Origin: the human T2T-CHM13v2.0 reference genome, Homo sapiens
Direction of reading: 5' to 3'
DNA: 64,000 nt
NCBI GenBank assembly: GCA_009914755.4
Contig: CP086569.2
Coordinates: 3,040,001-3,104,000, forward strand
Below, in pieces: positions 29,529 through 42,545 of this stretch. Within the stretch, counting starts at the first letter, position 1; each line of letters starts with the position of its first letter. Under the pieces are notes generated by a model. It searched no databases and was not told the origin of the DNA. It worked only from the letters and a program-made list of their open reading frames with translations. Position numbers and translations under genes: made by a program.

Positions 29529-32149
29529 GCTAGTAGAAATATGAATCTCTAAATTTTGCCTTGGCATATTTTTAGTGACAATACACATGTGTTTATGTGC
29601 ATTAATTTCTTTATTTAATTTAAAATATTTTAATAATTTTATTATGTTTGACTCATGAGTAATTTGCAAGTATGGTCTTAAATTTCTGTTTTCAAGGGCT
29701 TTTAAAGTTATATGTCTTGTAGTATTTTCTCCAAATAACACTAGTCAGAGAACAAACTGTGTGTGTCATACAAACTGAATTACAAGACTCATATGTGGCT
29801 TAAATGTATTATAAATTCCCAGTCGAAAATTTGTTCTTCTCATATTCAGAATCAGAGAGGAGATTCTTTGTTCCCTTCATGTGGCTAATGGTTGATTTTT
29901 TTTCCTCCATGGTTCACTCTTTTCACTCTTTACTGGAAATATAATACTTTATGAGATTCAACATTGTACAATGGAACGTGTGTTGATTCTCCACTTCATA
30001 TGGGTACAAAACCTTATCTCCCATCCCACTGCTGAAATTGTAACAGGAGGTCTTAGATTTTTGATATTCCCCTTCCCCATATTCCCATTATCCAAGGTGT
30101 CAAGTCACTAGCTTATTTGGTTTTCAGGTCCCTTATTTTTTTCTGGTCACTAAGAATTTCCTTTATTTCTCATAAGCTCAGCTATGCATTTAATTTTAGA
30201 AAATACCTCACTATTTTTGAGAGAGTGGATGCTATGTAGGCCACCAAATTATGAGAATTTCTTCTTCTTAAAAATGTTTCTTGGAGATTTTTCCATATTA
30301 GCATAGATATGAGGCCTTATGTAGTCTGATGATGATACATCACTCTGTCCTATCCCTATACCATTACTTTGTCAAAGCCCACCTGGTGAGCATGTGCCTG
30401 TCTGTATTTTTGTGACTAGTGCGATAACATTTATTCTTAGATGTAAATTTGGTTTGTCAAGGAAAGGACCTCATAAAATTTGACAGATATATTCACATCT
30501 TCCACTATAAGAGTGCATCAACAGTAGATGAATACTCTGGTATTTTTCCAGTAAACTCTTTATTCTTTGTCAATCTTTTTAGTAAAGTATAGACTTCCAT
30601 AGTTACCCCAAAGTTGATTTTTTGAATTGTTAATGACATTAAATATTGATACATGCCAATTGGTCATTTATGTCTTTGTTCAAGTTTCTATTTTTTTCTT
30701 ATTGAATAATGAAAGCTGTTTTTTTTAGCAAAAATGCAGGAAACACACTTTATTCTGTTTGTATTAGTTGTTGTGATTTCTTTATGACTATACATGTGAA
30801 AAATGATTTAATTGTAAGCATTAAATTGATCAGCACTGTTTCTTGATTGTTCCTGTTACATGTCAAGTGGTTATTAGTCAGCATAGGCCAGGTGATAATA
30901 AAGTGCTAAGCTCCGAATTTCATTGGGTCAAACGACAAAGTGTCGTTTATTACTTAATACACATGTCAATTCTAAATCCCAGGCAGAACGAGCTTCCACC
31001 ATTTACAATATCACCAACCGTAGTGGTAAAAGGAGAGTTTTGCCTTTATAATTGTTTCTATTCACATATGCTTGTTGAAATAATTTTTGTGGTCTCACCT
31101 AAATTCAAGAGATTAAGGAAGTGCAACCAAACTGTGTAAACAGAAGACTATATTCAGATATTAGTGAACATTGATAATATGTACCTTGTATTCCTAGAAA
31201 GGAATTTCCTCATAGATTATTCTAAAGTTCACTTGTGTGTTCGTGTAACATTATCAAAAGATGCCAAATGTCTCATTAAAACATTTTCTTAAACTGGCAT
31301 TTATTTCAATCTGAATGATGAAATAGAAGTCCTTCTTTGTTACAAAAATAATTTATGTTCTGACACTATTTATTGACTAACATCTTTCACCACTGACTTA
31401 AAAGGCCCTTTTATGAAACAAAATTTTAGCTTCCACTTGTATCTATTCTAACACATTAACTATTTATGTTTCATTAAATATTAAATAGTTTTCATGAAGC
31501 TTTTACAATATTCAAAAATATTATAATATTCAATAACACAATCTGTTTCTCCAAAAATTAAACAGACACTTATACAATTCAGCAATTCCACTTGTGCATA
31601 TACAACCAAAGGAATTTAAATCAAGTATGTAAACAAATCTTAATAAACTAATGTTCACAACAATGATACTCACGATAGCCAAAAAGGTGGAAACAATGGA
31701 AATGTCCATTGAAAGATGAATGGATGAACAAAATGTGGTATGAAATAATGTCTTAAAAAATAAAGGAAATTCTGAGACATGCTTCAACTTGGGTAAACAC
31801 TGAAAACATATTATGCTAAATGAAATAAGCTAATAACAAAAGGACAAATACTGTATGATTCTAATTATTTGAGGTACCCAGATTAGTCAAATTTCTAAAG
31901 ATAGAAAGTTGAATGATGTTTGCAAAATGATCAGGGATGGGACATATGTGGAGTCATTATTTATGGGTAGAGAGTTTCAGTTTGGAAAAAGGAAAGAGTT
32001 CTGGAAATGGATGGTGGTATTGACAGCACAACAATTTGAATGCACTTAACAACACTGAACAATATACTTGAAAATGATTAAAAAAAAATTTTATGTTATG
32101 TATAATTTACTACACAAGTCAATCTTGCTCATTTCTTTTTTATCAAGTT

Positions 32150-35100
32150 TTTTTCAAATTTTTTATTCTATAGTCTTTAGGGAAATAGGTGGCATTTGGT
32201 TACATGAGTAAGTTCTTTAGTGGTGATTTGTGAGATTTTGGTGCACCTATCACCCGAGCAGTATACACTGAACCCAATTTGTAGTCTTTTATCTCTCATC
32301 CCCTTCCCACCCTTTCCGCTCAGTCCCCAAAGTTCATTGTATCATTCTTATGCCTTTGAATTCTCATAACTTAGCTCCCACTTATGAGTGAGAACATATG
32401 ATGTTTGGTTTCCCATTCCTGAGTTACTTCACCTGGAATAATAGTCTCCAGTTCCATCTAGGTTGCTGCGAATGCCATTAATTTGTTCCTTTTATGGCTG
32501 AGTAGTAATTTCTTTAACCACTGGTTGATGGATGGGCATTTGGGCTGGTTCCATATTTTCGCAACTGCAAATTGTGCTTCTATAAACATGCATGTCTAAG
32601 TATCTTTTTCGTATAATGACCGTTTCTTCTGGGTAGATACCCAGTAGTTTGATTGCTGAATCAAATGGTAGGTCTACTGTTAGTTCTTTAAGGAATCTCC
32701 TCACTGTTTTTCATAGTGGTTGTACTAGTTTACATTCTGACCAGCATTGTAGAAGAGTTCCCTTTCCACCACATCCACACCAACATCTATTATTTTTTTA
32801 TTATGGCCATACTTGCAGGAGTAAGGTGGAATTGCATTGTGGTTTTGATTTGCATTTCCCTAATTATTAGTGATGTTGAGCATTTTTTCATATGTTTGTT
32901 GGCCATTTGTATATCTTTTTTTGAGAATTGTCTATTTTCACTTTTTGATGGGATTGCTTGTTTATTCTTATTAATTTGTTTGAATTCCTTGTAGATTCTG
33001 GATATTAGTCCTTTGTCAGATGTATAGATTGTGAAGATTTTCTTCCACTCTGTGGGTTGTGTGTTTACTCTGCTGAATGTTCCTTTTGCTGTGCAGAAGC
33101 TCTTTAGTTTAATTAAGTTTCACCTATTTATCTTTGTTGCTGTTGCATTTGCTTTTGGTTTCTTGTTCATGAAGTCTTTGCCTAAGCCAATGTCTAGAAG
33201 GGTTTTTCTGATGTTATCTTCTAGAATTGTTATGGTTTCAGGTCTTACATTTAAGTCCTTGATCTAGCTTGAGTTGATTTTTGTATAAGATGAGAGATGA
33301 GGATCCAGTTTCATTCTCCTAAATGTGGCTTGCCAATGATCCCAGCATCGTTTGTTGAATAGGGTGTCCTTTCCCCACTTTATGTTTTGGTTTGCTTTGT
33401 CAAAGATCAGTTGGCTGTAAGCATTTAGCTTTATTTCTGGGTTTCTATTCTGTTCCATTGGTTTATGTGTCTATTTTCATGCCAGTACCATGCTGTTTTG
33501 GTGACTATAGGCTTGTAGTATAGTTTCAAGTCAGGTAATGTGATGCCTTCAGATTTGTTCCTTTTGCTTAGTTTTGGCTATGTGGGTTCTTTTTTCATTC
33601 CATATGAATTTTGGAATTGTTTTTGCTAGTTCTGTGAAGAATGATGGTTGTATTTTGATGGAAATTGCATTGAATTTGTAGATTACATTTGGCAGTATGG
33701 TCATTTTGACAATATTGATTCTATCCATCTGTGAGCCTGGGTGTATTTCCATTTGTTTGTGTCTAGTATGATTTCTTTCAGCAGTGTTTTGTAGTTTTCC
33801 TTATAGAGGTCTTTCACCTCCTTGGTTAGGTATATTCTCAGGTATTTTATTTTATTTTATTTTATTTTTTGCAGCTATTGTAAAAGAGATTGTGTTCTTG
33901 ATTTGATTCTCAGCTTGGTTGCTGTTGATGTGTAGCAGATCTACTGATTTGTGTACATAAATCTTTATTCTGAAACTTTGCTGAATTCATTTAACAGTTC
34001 TAGAATCTTTGTGGAGGGGCTTCTTTTGTGTTTTCTAAGGTATATGATCATATCATCAGTACACAGTGACTGTTTGACTTCCTCTTTAGTGGTTTGGATG
34101 CTCTTTATTATTTTCTCTTGTCTGATAGCTCTGGCTAGTATTTCCAGTACTATGTTGACTAGAAGTGGTGAGAGTGGACATCCTTGTCTTGTTCCATTCC
34201 TCAGAGGTAATGCTTTCAAATTTTCTCTGTTCAGTATTATGTTGGTTGTGGGTTCGTCATAAATGGCTTTCATTACTTTAAGGTATGTCCCTTGTATGCT
34301 GATTTTGCTGAGGGTTTTAATCTTAAAGGGATGCTGGATTCTATCAAATGCTTTCTCTTTGTCTCTTTAGTTGATTGTGTGATTTTTTTAAAAGAAATTT
34401 TGTTTATATGATGTATCACATTTATTGACTTGCATATGTTAAACCATGTCTCCATCACTGGTATGAAATTCACTTGATCATGGTGTATTATCTTTTTAAA
34501 ATGCTGTTGGATTTGGTTAGCTAGCATTTTGTTGAGGATTTTTGCATATATGTTCATCAGATATTTTGGTCTGTATTTTTCTCTTTTCATTTTGTGTTTT
34601 CCTGCTGTTGGTATTAGGGAGACCCTGGCTTCATAGAATGATTTCCACTTTCTCTATTTTGTGGAATAGCATCAATAGGATTGGTACCAATTCTTCTTTG
34701 AATGTCTGGTAGAACTCAGCTGTGTATCCATCTGGTCCTGGACTATGTTTTGTTGGCAATTTTTGTATTACCATGTCAATCTCACTGCTTGTTATTGTCT
34801 GTTCAGGGTTCCTAATTCTTCCCGATTTAAGCTAGGAGGATTGTGTATTTCCAGGAGTTTATCCATCTCCTCTAGGTTTTCTAGTTTATGCATGTAAAGG
34901 TTTTCATAGTAGCCTTGAATAATCTTTTGTATTTTTGTGCTGTTGGTTGTAATATCTCCCATTTTGTTTCTAATTGAGCTTATTTGGATATTCTCTCTTC
35001 TTGGTTAATCTTGCTAATGATCTATCAATTTTATATATCCTTTCAAAAAAACAGCTTTTTGTTTCATTTATCTTTTGTATTTTTGTTCCAATTTTATTTA

Positions 35101-36620
35101 GTTCTGCTCCAATCTTGGTTATTTCTTTTTTTTTCTGCTGGGTTTGGTTTGTTCTTTTTTCTGCAGTTCCTTGTGGTGTGACCTTAGATTGTCCATTTGT
35201 GCTCTTCCAGACTTTTTGATGTAGGCAATTTAAGGCTATGAACTTTCCTCTTATCACTGCCATTGCTGTATCCCAGAGTTTTTGATAGGTTTTGTCACTA
35301 TTATCATTCAGTTCAAAGAATTTTTCAATTTCCATCTTGATTTCCTTGTTGACGCAATGATCCTTATCAGCAGGTTATTTAATTTTCATGTATTTGCATG
35401 ATTTTGAAGGTTCCTTTTGGAGTTGATTTCCAATTTTATTCCACTGTGGTCTGAGATAAATAAAGAAATACTGATTTATGTATATACTTATTAATAAATA
35501 TGTACCAGTAAATATATATTTACTTTATTTAACATATAACTATATATTAATTATATGTATTTATTTATTAAATATATTTAATATATTATTTACATTTACC
35601 TGGTGCTTTTGCCTCATGGCTCTTAATATTCTTTCCTTTGTCTTGACTTTAGATAACCTGATGACTATGTGCCTAGGTGATGATCTTTTTGTGATAAATT
35701 TCCCAGGTGTTCTTTGAGCTACATGTATTTGGATGTCTAGATCTCTAGCAAGGCTTGGGAAGTTTTATTGATTATTCCTTCAAATATGTTTTCCAAATTT
35801 TAGATTTCTCTTCTTCCTCCAGAACCTCAATTATTCTTATGTTTGGTCATTTAACAGAATCCCAAAATTACTGGAAGCTTTGTTAATTTTTTAAAAAAAT
35901 TATCTTTGATTGGGTTCTTTTGAAAACCTTGTCTTTGAGCTCTGAAATTCTTTTGTCTGCTTATTTAATTCTATTGCTGAGACTTTCCAGTATATTCTGC
36001 ATTTCTCTAAGTGTGCCCTTTATTTCCTGAAGTTTTTATTGTTTTTAATGTATGCTATCTATTTCACTGAAGATTTTTCCTCTCATATCTTACATCATTT
36101 TTTGGTTTCCTTAAGTTAGACTTCACCTTTCTCTGGTGCCTCTTTGATTAGCTTAATAATCAATCTTCTGAATTCTTTTACTGGCAATTCAGGGATTTCT
36201 TCTGGGTTTGGATCCATTGCTGGTGAGCTAGTGTGATTTTTTGGGGGCGTTAAAGGACCTTGTTTTGTCATATTAGCAGAATTTTTTTCTGGTTCCTTCT
36301 CATTTGGATAGGTTACGTCAGAGGGAAGATCTGGGGCTCAAGGCTACTGTTCAGAATTTTTTGTCCCACAATGTGCTCCCTTGATGTAGTGCTCTCCCGC
36401 TTTTACTAGGGATGTGGCTTCCTGAGAGCTGAACTGTAACAATTGTTTTTTTCTTTTCTGGATCTAGCCAGCCAGCAGGGCTACCAGGCTCTGGGCTGGT
36501 ACTGTGAGATGTCTTCACAGAGTACTGTGATGTGAACCATCTTCAGGTTTCTCAGCCATGGGTACCAGTCTGGCACCTTGTCTGTTTTCTTTAAGGAATC
36601 CCAGGCTGTTAGAAACTATT
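32150..36620 (-). mobile_element. L1 LINE (L1P-like), ~4.5 kb: 3'UTR, most of ORF2 (RT and endonuclease remnants) into the ORF1 region, reverse orientation, with frameshifts and stops
   Basis: 3'UTR block cccacttatgagtgagaacatatgatgtttggtttcc at ~32380. The minus-strand ORFs 33264-33458, 33549-33752, 33965-34273, 34273-34590 and 34970-35335 all translate to L1 ORF2: ...[43 protein letters not shown]; ...[23 protein letters not shown]...FFTEL.KT..KFIWN.KR..IAKT; ...[43 protein letters not shown]; ...[39 protein letters not shown]; ...KFIALN....K...K...Q.K.....E.....QT...A...I.KINE..S.FFE.I.KID.PLARL.KKK. An AT-rich low-complexity insertion lies at ~35455-35600. Confidence 0.85.
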
Positions 36621-36764
36621 TTATATCCCTCATGAAGCAGAGGGTGACAAGAGATAGGAGAGACAAGCAGAAGTAAATTGAGAAAACAGAATTCAGTAAA
36701 CTAAGAAGAGAAAAAAATTCTCAAAAAGAACAAAGTCCTGGAAAAAAAATATATAAAGGCCTCT

Positions 36765-36840
36765 TGTGCGTGTGTATCACATATGTGTGTGTATGCATGA
36801 ATATATATACACATGCACACACACACATACACACACATAA
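36765..36840. repeat. imperfect (CA)n/(TG)n-rich simple repeat
   Basis: tgtgcgtgtgtatcacatatgtgtgtgtatgcatgaatatatatacacatgcacacacacacatacacacacataaag read directly. Confidence 0.6.
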
Positions 36841-38012
36841 AGATTCTATACATTTTACTTCAGAACCCTACCCAACACTGGTTTTTATGTTAGTAGAAAA
36901 GTAACAGCAGATTTAAAGCAGGAAGAAAAGAAAATAGGGAAATAGAGAATTTAGGAATTCTATAGTTTGAACATCGACTTTTAGGCTCTTTTTTCCTCAT
37001 GTAAGTGTGCACAAAAATAGCATAATATGTCTGTTTTACACCAATACTTGCAAGTAGAGGTGCCGTCAAACAAATTGTTTTTCTGAAAGTGGGTCATTCT
37101 CTTTGTGTTTTCCTCATTCTTAGATTATTTGTTTCCCACTACTTATTTTAATGGAGACACTGGACTGTGGCCTAGGCTTTAGTGTAGTGTGTCAAAATGT
37201 GCTGATTGTGGATGGAACTCTATAGTGTGTCACCACTGAGTCATTTCTGCCCTTTTATGTGCCTCAGTTTCTCCCTCCAGAGGTCTAACACCTCCAGGAG
37301 GACACAAAGAATGGAATGACCACCTCCTATATATATCTCCTGGATTAGCCTTCTGAAACTAATTTTGTTAGGGGTTCCCTCTCGGGTTGCTACAGGTTAC
37401 AAGGGATCAACCCCTCAAACACTCTCACTCAATGACTGGTCACCTAGGAGTGCCTTTCAGTTGAGAGGAGCAAAATGCCCTTTCTCTTCAGAACTGAGAA
37501 AACTCAGTCTCTCATTTATCTATGAATACAAGAGTTCAGTTTCTCATGCAAATGCATAAGCAAACCAAATTGAGATTAATTGGGGAGAAAAAACAATGGA
37601 GATGACCCTTTAGAACGCACTTCTGAACTAGCACCGGGGTGCCTGAAAGTGGAGTGTTCTCGTTGTTTTTAGAAAAAGGCAATGGAGAAGGCCATTTAGA
37701 ATACACCTCCAAACTAGTATTAGGAATCTAAACAACAGCTTTCTAGGAATAAATAAATACATAACAATAAATAAATAAACTGCTCAAAATAAGTCAAGGA
37801 CCATCAACCAAAGGGAGGTCTGGGGCTCAGGAGGACTTACCAGTTCTACCAGAGAAGAAGCTCTAAGTCAAGGGAGGCTTTCAATGGGTTCCAGCTGGTA
37901 CCTTAACTCCAGGTTCAGGCAACTTCATGGTCCTGAGTCTTTTCTGAGGCCCCACATGTTTGGGCACCACATTATTGTCAACAAAAAGAGTCAAAATCTG
38001 TAAAATATGTGA

Positions 38013-38258
38013 AAAGATTTATTCTGAGCTGAATATGAGTGGCCATGGCCTATGACACAGCCCTTAGGAGACCCTGAGAATATGTGCCCAAAGCGGCCAC
38101 AGTGCAGCTTGGTTTTATACACTTAAGGAAAACATGAGACATCAATCAAATACATTCAAAATATACATTGGTTTGGTCTAGAAAGGCTCAACAACTCAAA
38201 GTGGGGGCTTCCAGGTTTATAGGGAAATTTAAAAATTTTCTGAGTGGCAATTGGTTGA
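38013..38258 (+). repeat. unclassified interspersed repeat, copy 1 (homologous to 39566-39803)
   Basis: Shared blocks with copy 2: gtgcccaaagcggccacagtgcagcttggttttatacac vs gtgcccaaggtggtcagggcacagcttggttttatacat; gagacatcaatcaa; ggttt.gtc.agaaagg..(c/g)aacaactcaa(a/g)(g/t)t...gggggcttccaggtt. Same orientation. Confidence 0.45.
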
Positions 38259-38599
38259 AAGAGCTATTACCAATAGAAACGAACGTCTGGGTTATGACAA
38301 GAGGTGGTGGAGACCAAAGTTTTATTATGCAGATGGAGCCTCCAGGTAGCAGGCTTCAGAGAGCATAGATTGTAAATGTTTCTTATCAGACTTAAGGTGT
38401 GTGTTGATGTTAAATGCTCTTCTGCTTTTTCTGAATTCCCAAAGGGAGGAAGAAATACTGAAGCATGTCTGACTTCCACTTCCCATCATAGCCTGAACCA
38501 GTCTTGGAGGTTACATTTGGGGGACCCTGTTCTAGAAGAGGAGGTTCATTCAGATGATTGGGGGGAATTTGAATTTTATATTTGGTTTATGTATTGACC

Positions 38600-39535
38600 C
38601 AGCCTTAAATGCTAGGAATCAATTCCACTGGTGTATACTTCTGTTTATAATTGTTGGATTTAATTTGCTAATATTTTGTTAAAGATTTTTGTATTATGTT
38701 CATGGGAGATATTGGCCTGCAGCTTTCCTTTATTGTAATATTTGTGTGTGGTTTAGGCATTAGCATAATGCTTTCCTCATAAAATTAGTTAGAATACATT
38801 CTCTCTTCCCTATTTATTGACAGTCTCTATTTTTAATTAGTGTATTTAGATCATTGACATTAAAAATGCTTATTAACATAGTTGAATTAATATGTATTAT
38901 ATTTGTTCCCCTTCTTATTGGCCTCTTTCTTTGTTTTATATTTCATTCTTTTTCTCCCTTCTTTGGTTTTCATTTAAGATCTTATATAATTTAATTTTTT
39001 TCTCTTAGCGTATTTACTATACTTTTTATAAAACTTTTTCTAGTGGTTGCCTTTGTGATTGCTATAAAAATTTACAACTAATCGAAGCCCACTTTCAATG
39101 AACACAATACCACCTCCCAGATAATGCAAGTATTTTATAGTAGCATATTCCCAATTCCTTCCTCTCATCCTTTGTAACATTACTGCTATAAAATTTTCTT
39201 GTCCATAAGCTATAATCACCAATGCCATCATTGCTATTATTATTGTGGTCAAACACTTATCCATTAGATACATTAAGAATACGAAAGATGAAAGATTTTA
39301 TTTTACCTTCAATTATTCCTTTGCTAATGCTCTTTCTTCCTTTTATGTAGATTTAAGTTTTTGATCTATATCAATTTTTCTTTCTAATTTTTTTAACGTG
39401 TCTTACAAGGCAGATCTTTAGGCAAAAAATTCTTCGAATTATTGTTTATCTAAAACATCTTTATTTCTTTTTAGATTTCTGAAGGATAATTTTTGCTGAA
39501 ATTAGAATTCCTGGTTGATGATTATGTGAATCCCA
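38600..39535 (-). mobile_element. old L1 fragment (ORF2 RT region into ORF1 region), reverse orientation. The same element appears to resume at 39965-40039 and 40343-41335, split by the repeat at 39541-39960 and the AluY at 40040-40342
   Basis: ctaatattttgttaaagatttttgtattatgttcatgggagatattggcctgcagctttcc is the L1 ORF2 block ctaatattttgttgaggatttttgcatctatgttcatcagggatattgg. ttagatttctgaaggataatttttgctgaaattagaattcctggttgatgatt is an L1 ORF1-region block. 41030-41090 ctgattctgatacttgctttgtctgttcaaactgtgtttg is L1-like. Confidence 0.6.
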
Positions 39536-39540
39536 AAAAT

Positions 39541-39960
39541 TTGAGACAGGTCTCAGTTAATTTAGCAAGTTTATTTTATCAAGGTTGAGGATGCACCTGT
39601 GATACAGTCTCAGGAATTCCTGAGGACGTGTGCCCAAGGTGGTCAGGGCACAGCTTGGTTTTATACATTTTAGGGAGATATGAGACATCAATCAATATGT
39701 GTAAGAAGTACATTAGTTCTTTCCAGAAAGGTGGAGACAACTCAAGTTAAGGTCCCCCAACTGGGGGCTTCCAGGTTACAGGTAGGTGAGAGGCAGATGG
39801 TTGTATTCTTTTGAGTTTCTGATAAGTCTTTCCAAGGGAAGCAATCACAGTATGAATCTATCTTTGTAAGCAGAGGGATGACTTTGAATAGAATGGGAGG
39901 CATATTTGCCCTGAGGGGTTCCCAGCTTGAAGAGGCCCAATATATTTTCCTTTCACAATT
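39541..39960 (+). mobile_element. unclassified interspersed repeat, copy 2, possibly a ~420 bp solo LTR (starts TG, ends CA) inserted into the L1
   Basis: Begins tgagacaggtctcagttaatttagcaagtttattttatcaagg and ends ...gaggcccaatatattttcctttcaca. The L1 sequence resumes immediately after. The core 39566-39803 is homologous to 38013-38258. Confidence 0.4.
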
Positions 39961-40026
39961 ATTTTATCTCAACTACTTAAATATTTCACACCATTTTATC
40001 CTTGTTTGCATGGTATCTGAAAATAA

Positions 40027-40342
<316 letters not shown>

Positions 40343-41335
40343 GTAATATTTAATTCTTATCCTTCTTTCTCTGTAAGATATATTTTTTCCCGTGCCTTCT
40401 GTCAGGATGTTTTTCCTTGTCTGATATCTGCAGTTTAAATATGACATGCCTACAGCTAGAGTTTCTTTCTTTTTTTTTCTTCTTGTTGGTTTGTTTTATC
40501 TTCCTGGTGTTTGCTAAGCTTCCTAGAGCTATCTGTAGTTTAGTTTCATTTTCTTCCCTTTTTTTTTTGTTTTTGAAAATTCTCACTCATTGCTTCAATT
40601 ATATCTCCTGTCCCTTATCTTTTTCTTCCACTCATATTCCCGTTATACATATATTATACCTTTTTAAAAATTTTCCTAGAGTTCTTGTATATTCTGTCCT
40701 GGCTTTTTAATTACTTTTTTTTTTTTTTGCATTTTAATTTTGGAAGTTTCTACTGACTTTTTTTTTTTACAACTTACTTATTCTTATCTTGGTGATTTCC
40801 AAACTGTTGATAAGACCATCAAATCATCAAAATCACTTTTAATTTCTATTCGATTTTCATTTCTTGCATTTAAAAAAAATTAATTTGTATAGTTTTTACT
40901 ATCTGCTTATATTACTTATGTGTTTTATATGTTATTCACTCTTTCAGAGCTCTTAGCATATTAATCATAGTTGTTTTAAATTTTTGATTTGATAATTTTA
41001 CTATCTCTGCCATATCTGATTCTGATACTTGCTTTGTCTGTTCAAACTGTGTTTGTGTTTTAGTATGTGTTGTAATTTTTGTTTAAAGTTGTACATGATG
41101 TACAGGGTAAACAAACAAATAAACAAAACTGTATTGGTTTTCAGTGTGAGGTTTTACATACCTGTCTAGGGGTTAGGCTATCTTAGCTGTTTGCTGTAGT
41201 TACAGGGTTCAGAGGCTAAAATTTCCTCTGTTGCTTTTTCTACTGTTTGTTTCCCTTTTGTGTTTGGATTTCCCTAAATACTTCTTAGAAATGTGCAGTA
41301 GTTACAGTAGCATTCCCATCTTATTGATACAACTC

Positions 41336-42545
41336 TGATGACTTGAGAAACACCAGGGTCCTTTGTCTCATGCCAGTAAGATCAACAACATGGACACACA
41401 TCAAGTGGTGATGAAGCAGGAGATGTGAGAGGAAAAACAAATATTCCCTCTTTCCCTTGGTATGAGCAGCTTTCCCCTCGAATCCCTCCCCCTTCTGTGC
41501 GATTGTACCCTGCTCTGCAAGTTTTTATGAGTTTATGGTTTCCTGTTTTCTGTAACTGGTGTCTGTAAGTCTCTGTTTTTTCATCGGAGTAGCACCACTG
41601 AGGTCATGAGACATGCTTGAGCAAGCTTAGATTGCAGCCCTCTGGGTGCCATAGCAAAGGACACAAGATAAGGCTGTGCAGGCATCTTGAGCAAACCTAG
41701 ATAACAGCCACCTGGCCTGCATAGCAAGAGTCACATGTAAGCCTGAGTTAGGAACCTGTCACAGTTTGATTAAGTTTGATTACAGACCATAACTATGACT
41801 GCCTTTGTTCTGCTTCTGTAAGCTTGCTTTCCCCGCCCTGCAAGTTTCACGCCACGGGCAAGCCACCTCCACTTTGGTTGTATGAATAAAAGTCAAGCCC
41901 TGACTTCATTTGTTGCTCAGCCTCTGCATATTAATCTGCTGAGCTGGTGGCCGCCTAAATAAAATCCTTCTGTTCCACCCATTGGTCTCTCTGGTCTCCT
42001 CATTCCCACAACAGTGTTAAAGAGCAGAAAGTTTAATAAACAAGAAAGAAGAAAGAAAGAAGAAAAACAGCTTCCCTGTACAGAGGGAGGGAGGCTCTAA
42101 ATGGAGATACCACATGTGCAGTGGAAAGCAGTAGGTTATACTGAGAGTCTGGAAGAGGCAGTGTTTGATTTGCATAGGGCCCAGGGGATTGGTTTGACCA
42201 GGTGTGTCATTCATGTAGCCGGGAAAAAACTGGTCCTCCTACCCTAGCCTTTTAAGATGCAAATGTGGATCACCATAATGTCCTGCACACATGGTGTTAT
42301 CCGGAGACAGCCATGACACTTGTCACACGTGGTGACAAGGAGAAGAGGGAAGGAACTGCCATGTTGGGTGGATCTGGTTTCTAGCCATTGGTATGTGAAC
42401 ATTCATGCTTGCTGGTCTGGTTGTTCAAGCCACTTTCTGTTAGAAAGGAAATTGTTCGGAGGTTGCTTTTTATTAAAGAAAAATTCCACTGATAACTTCC
42501 ACACTTTCAAGCTGCCTAAAAATGATTTCTTAACTCCTGTATTAT
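41336..42545 (-). mobile_element. 3' LTR of the provirus, carrying ~600 bp of extra sequence relative to the 5' LTR
   Basis: The outer ~85 bp (tgatgacttgagaaacaccagggtcctttgtctcatgccagtaagatcaac...gtggtgatgaag) and inner ~530 bp (42018-42545) align to the 5' LTR copy. 41423-42017 has no counterpart there. Confidence 0.7.
41423..42017 (+). mobile_element. candidate nested solo LTR (plus orientation) inside the provirus 3' LTR; the alternative is an LTR-internal block deleted from the 5' LTR
   Basis: Begins tgtgagagg, ends cattcccacaaca (TG...CA). Plus-strand poly-A-signal-like motifs tgaataaaagtcaagccctgac and gcctaaataaaatcc lie near the 3' end. Internal 2-copy ~55 bp tandem repeat (catgcttgagcaagcttagattgcagccctctgggtgccatagcaaaggacaca / catcttgagcaaacctagataacagccacctggcctgcatagcaagagtcaca). 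Possible 5 bp TSD aggag / aagag at the junctions. Confidence 0.4.

Noticed and set aside
33264-35335. Cluster of 64-121 aa minus-strand ORFs that might look like a gene
   Set aside because: All of them translate to consecutive, frameshifted pieces of L1 ORF2 (endonuclease and reverse transcriptase). It is a dead retrotransposon, not a cellular gene.
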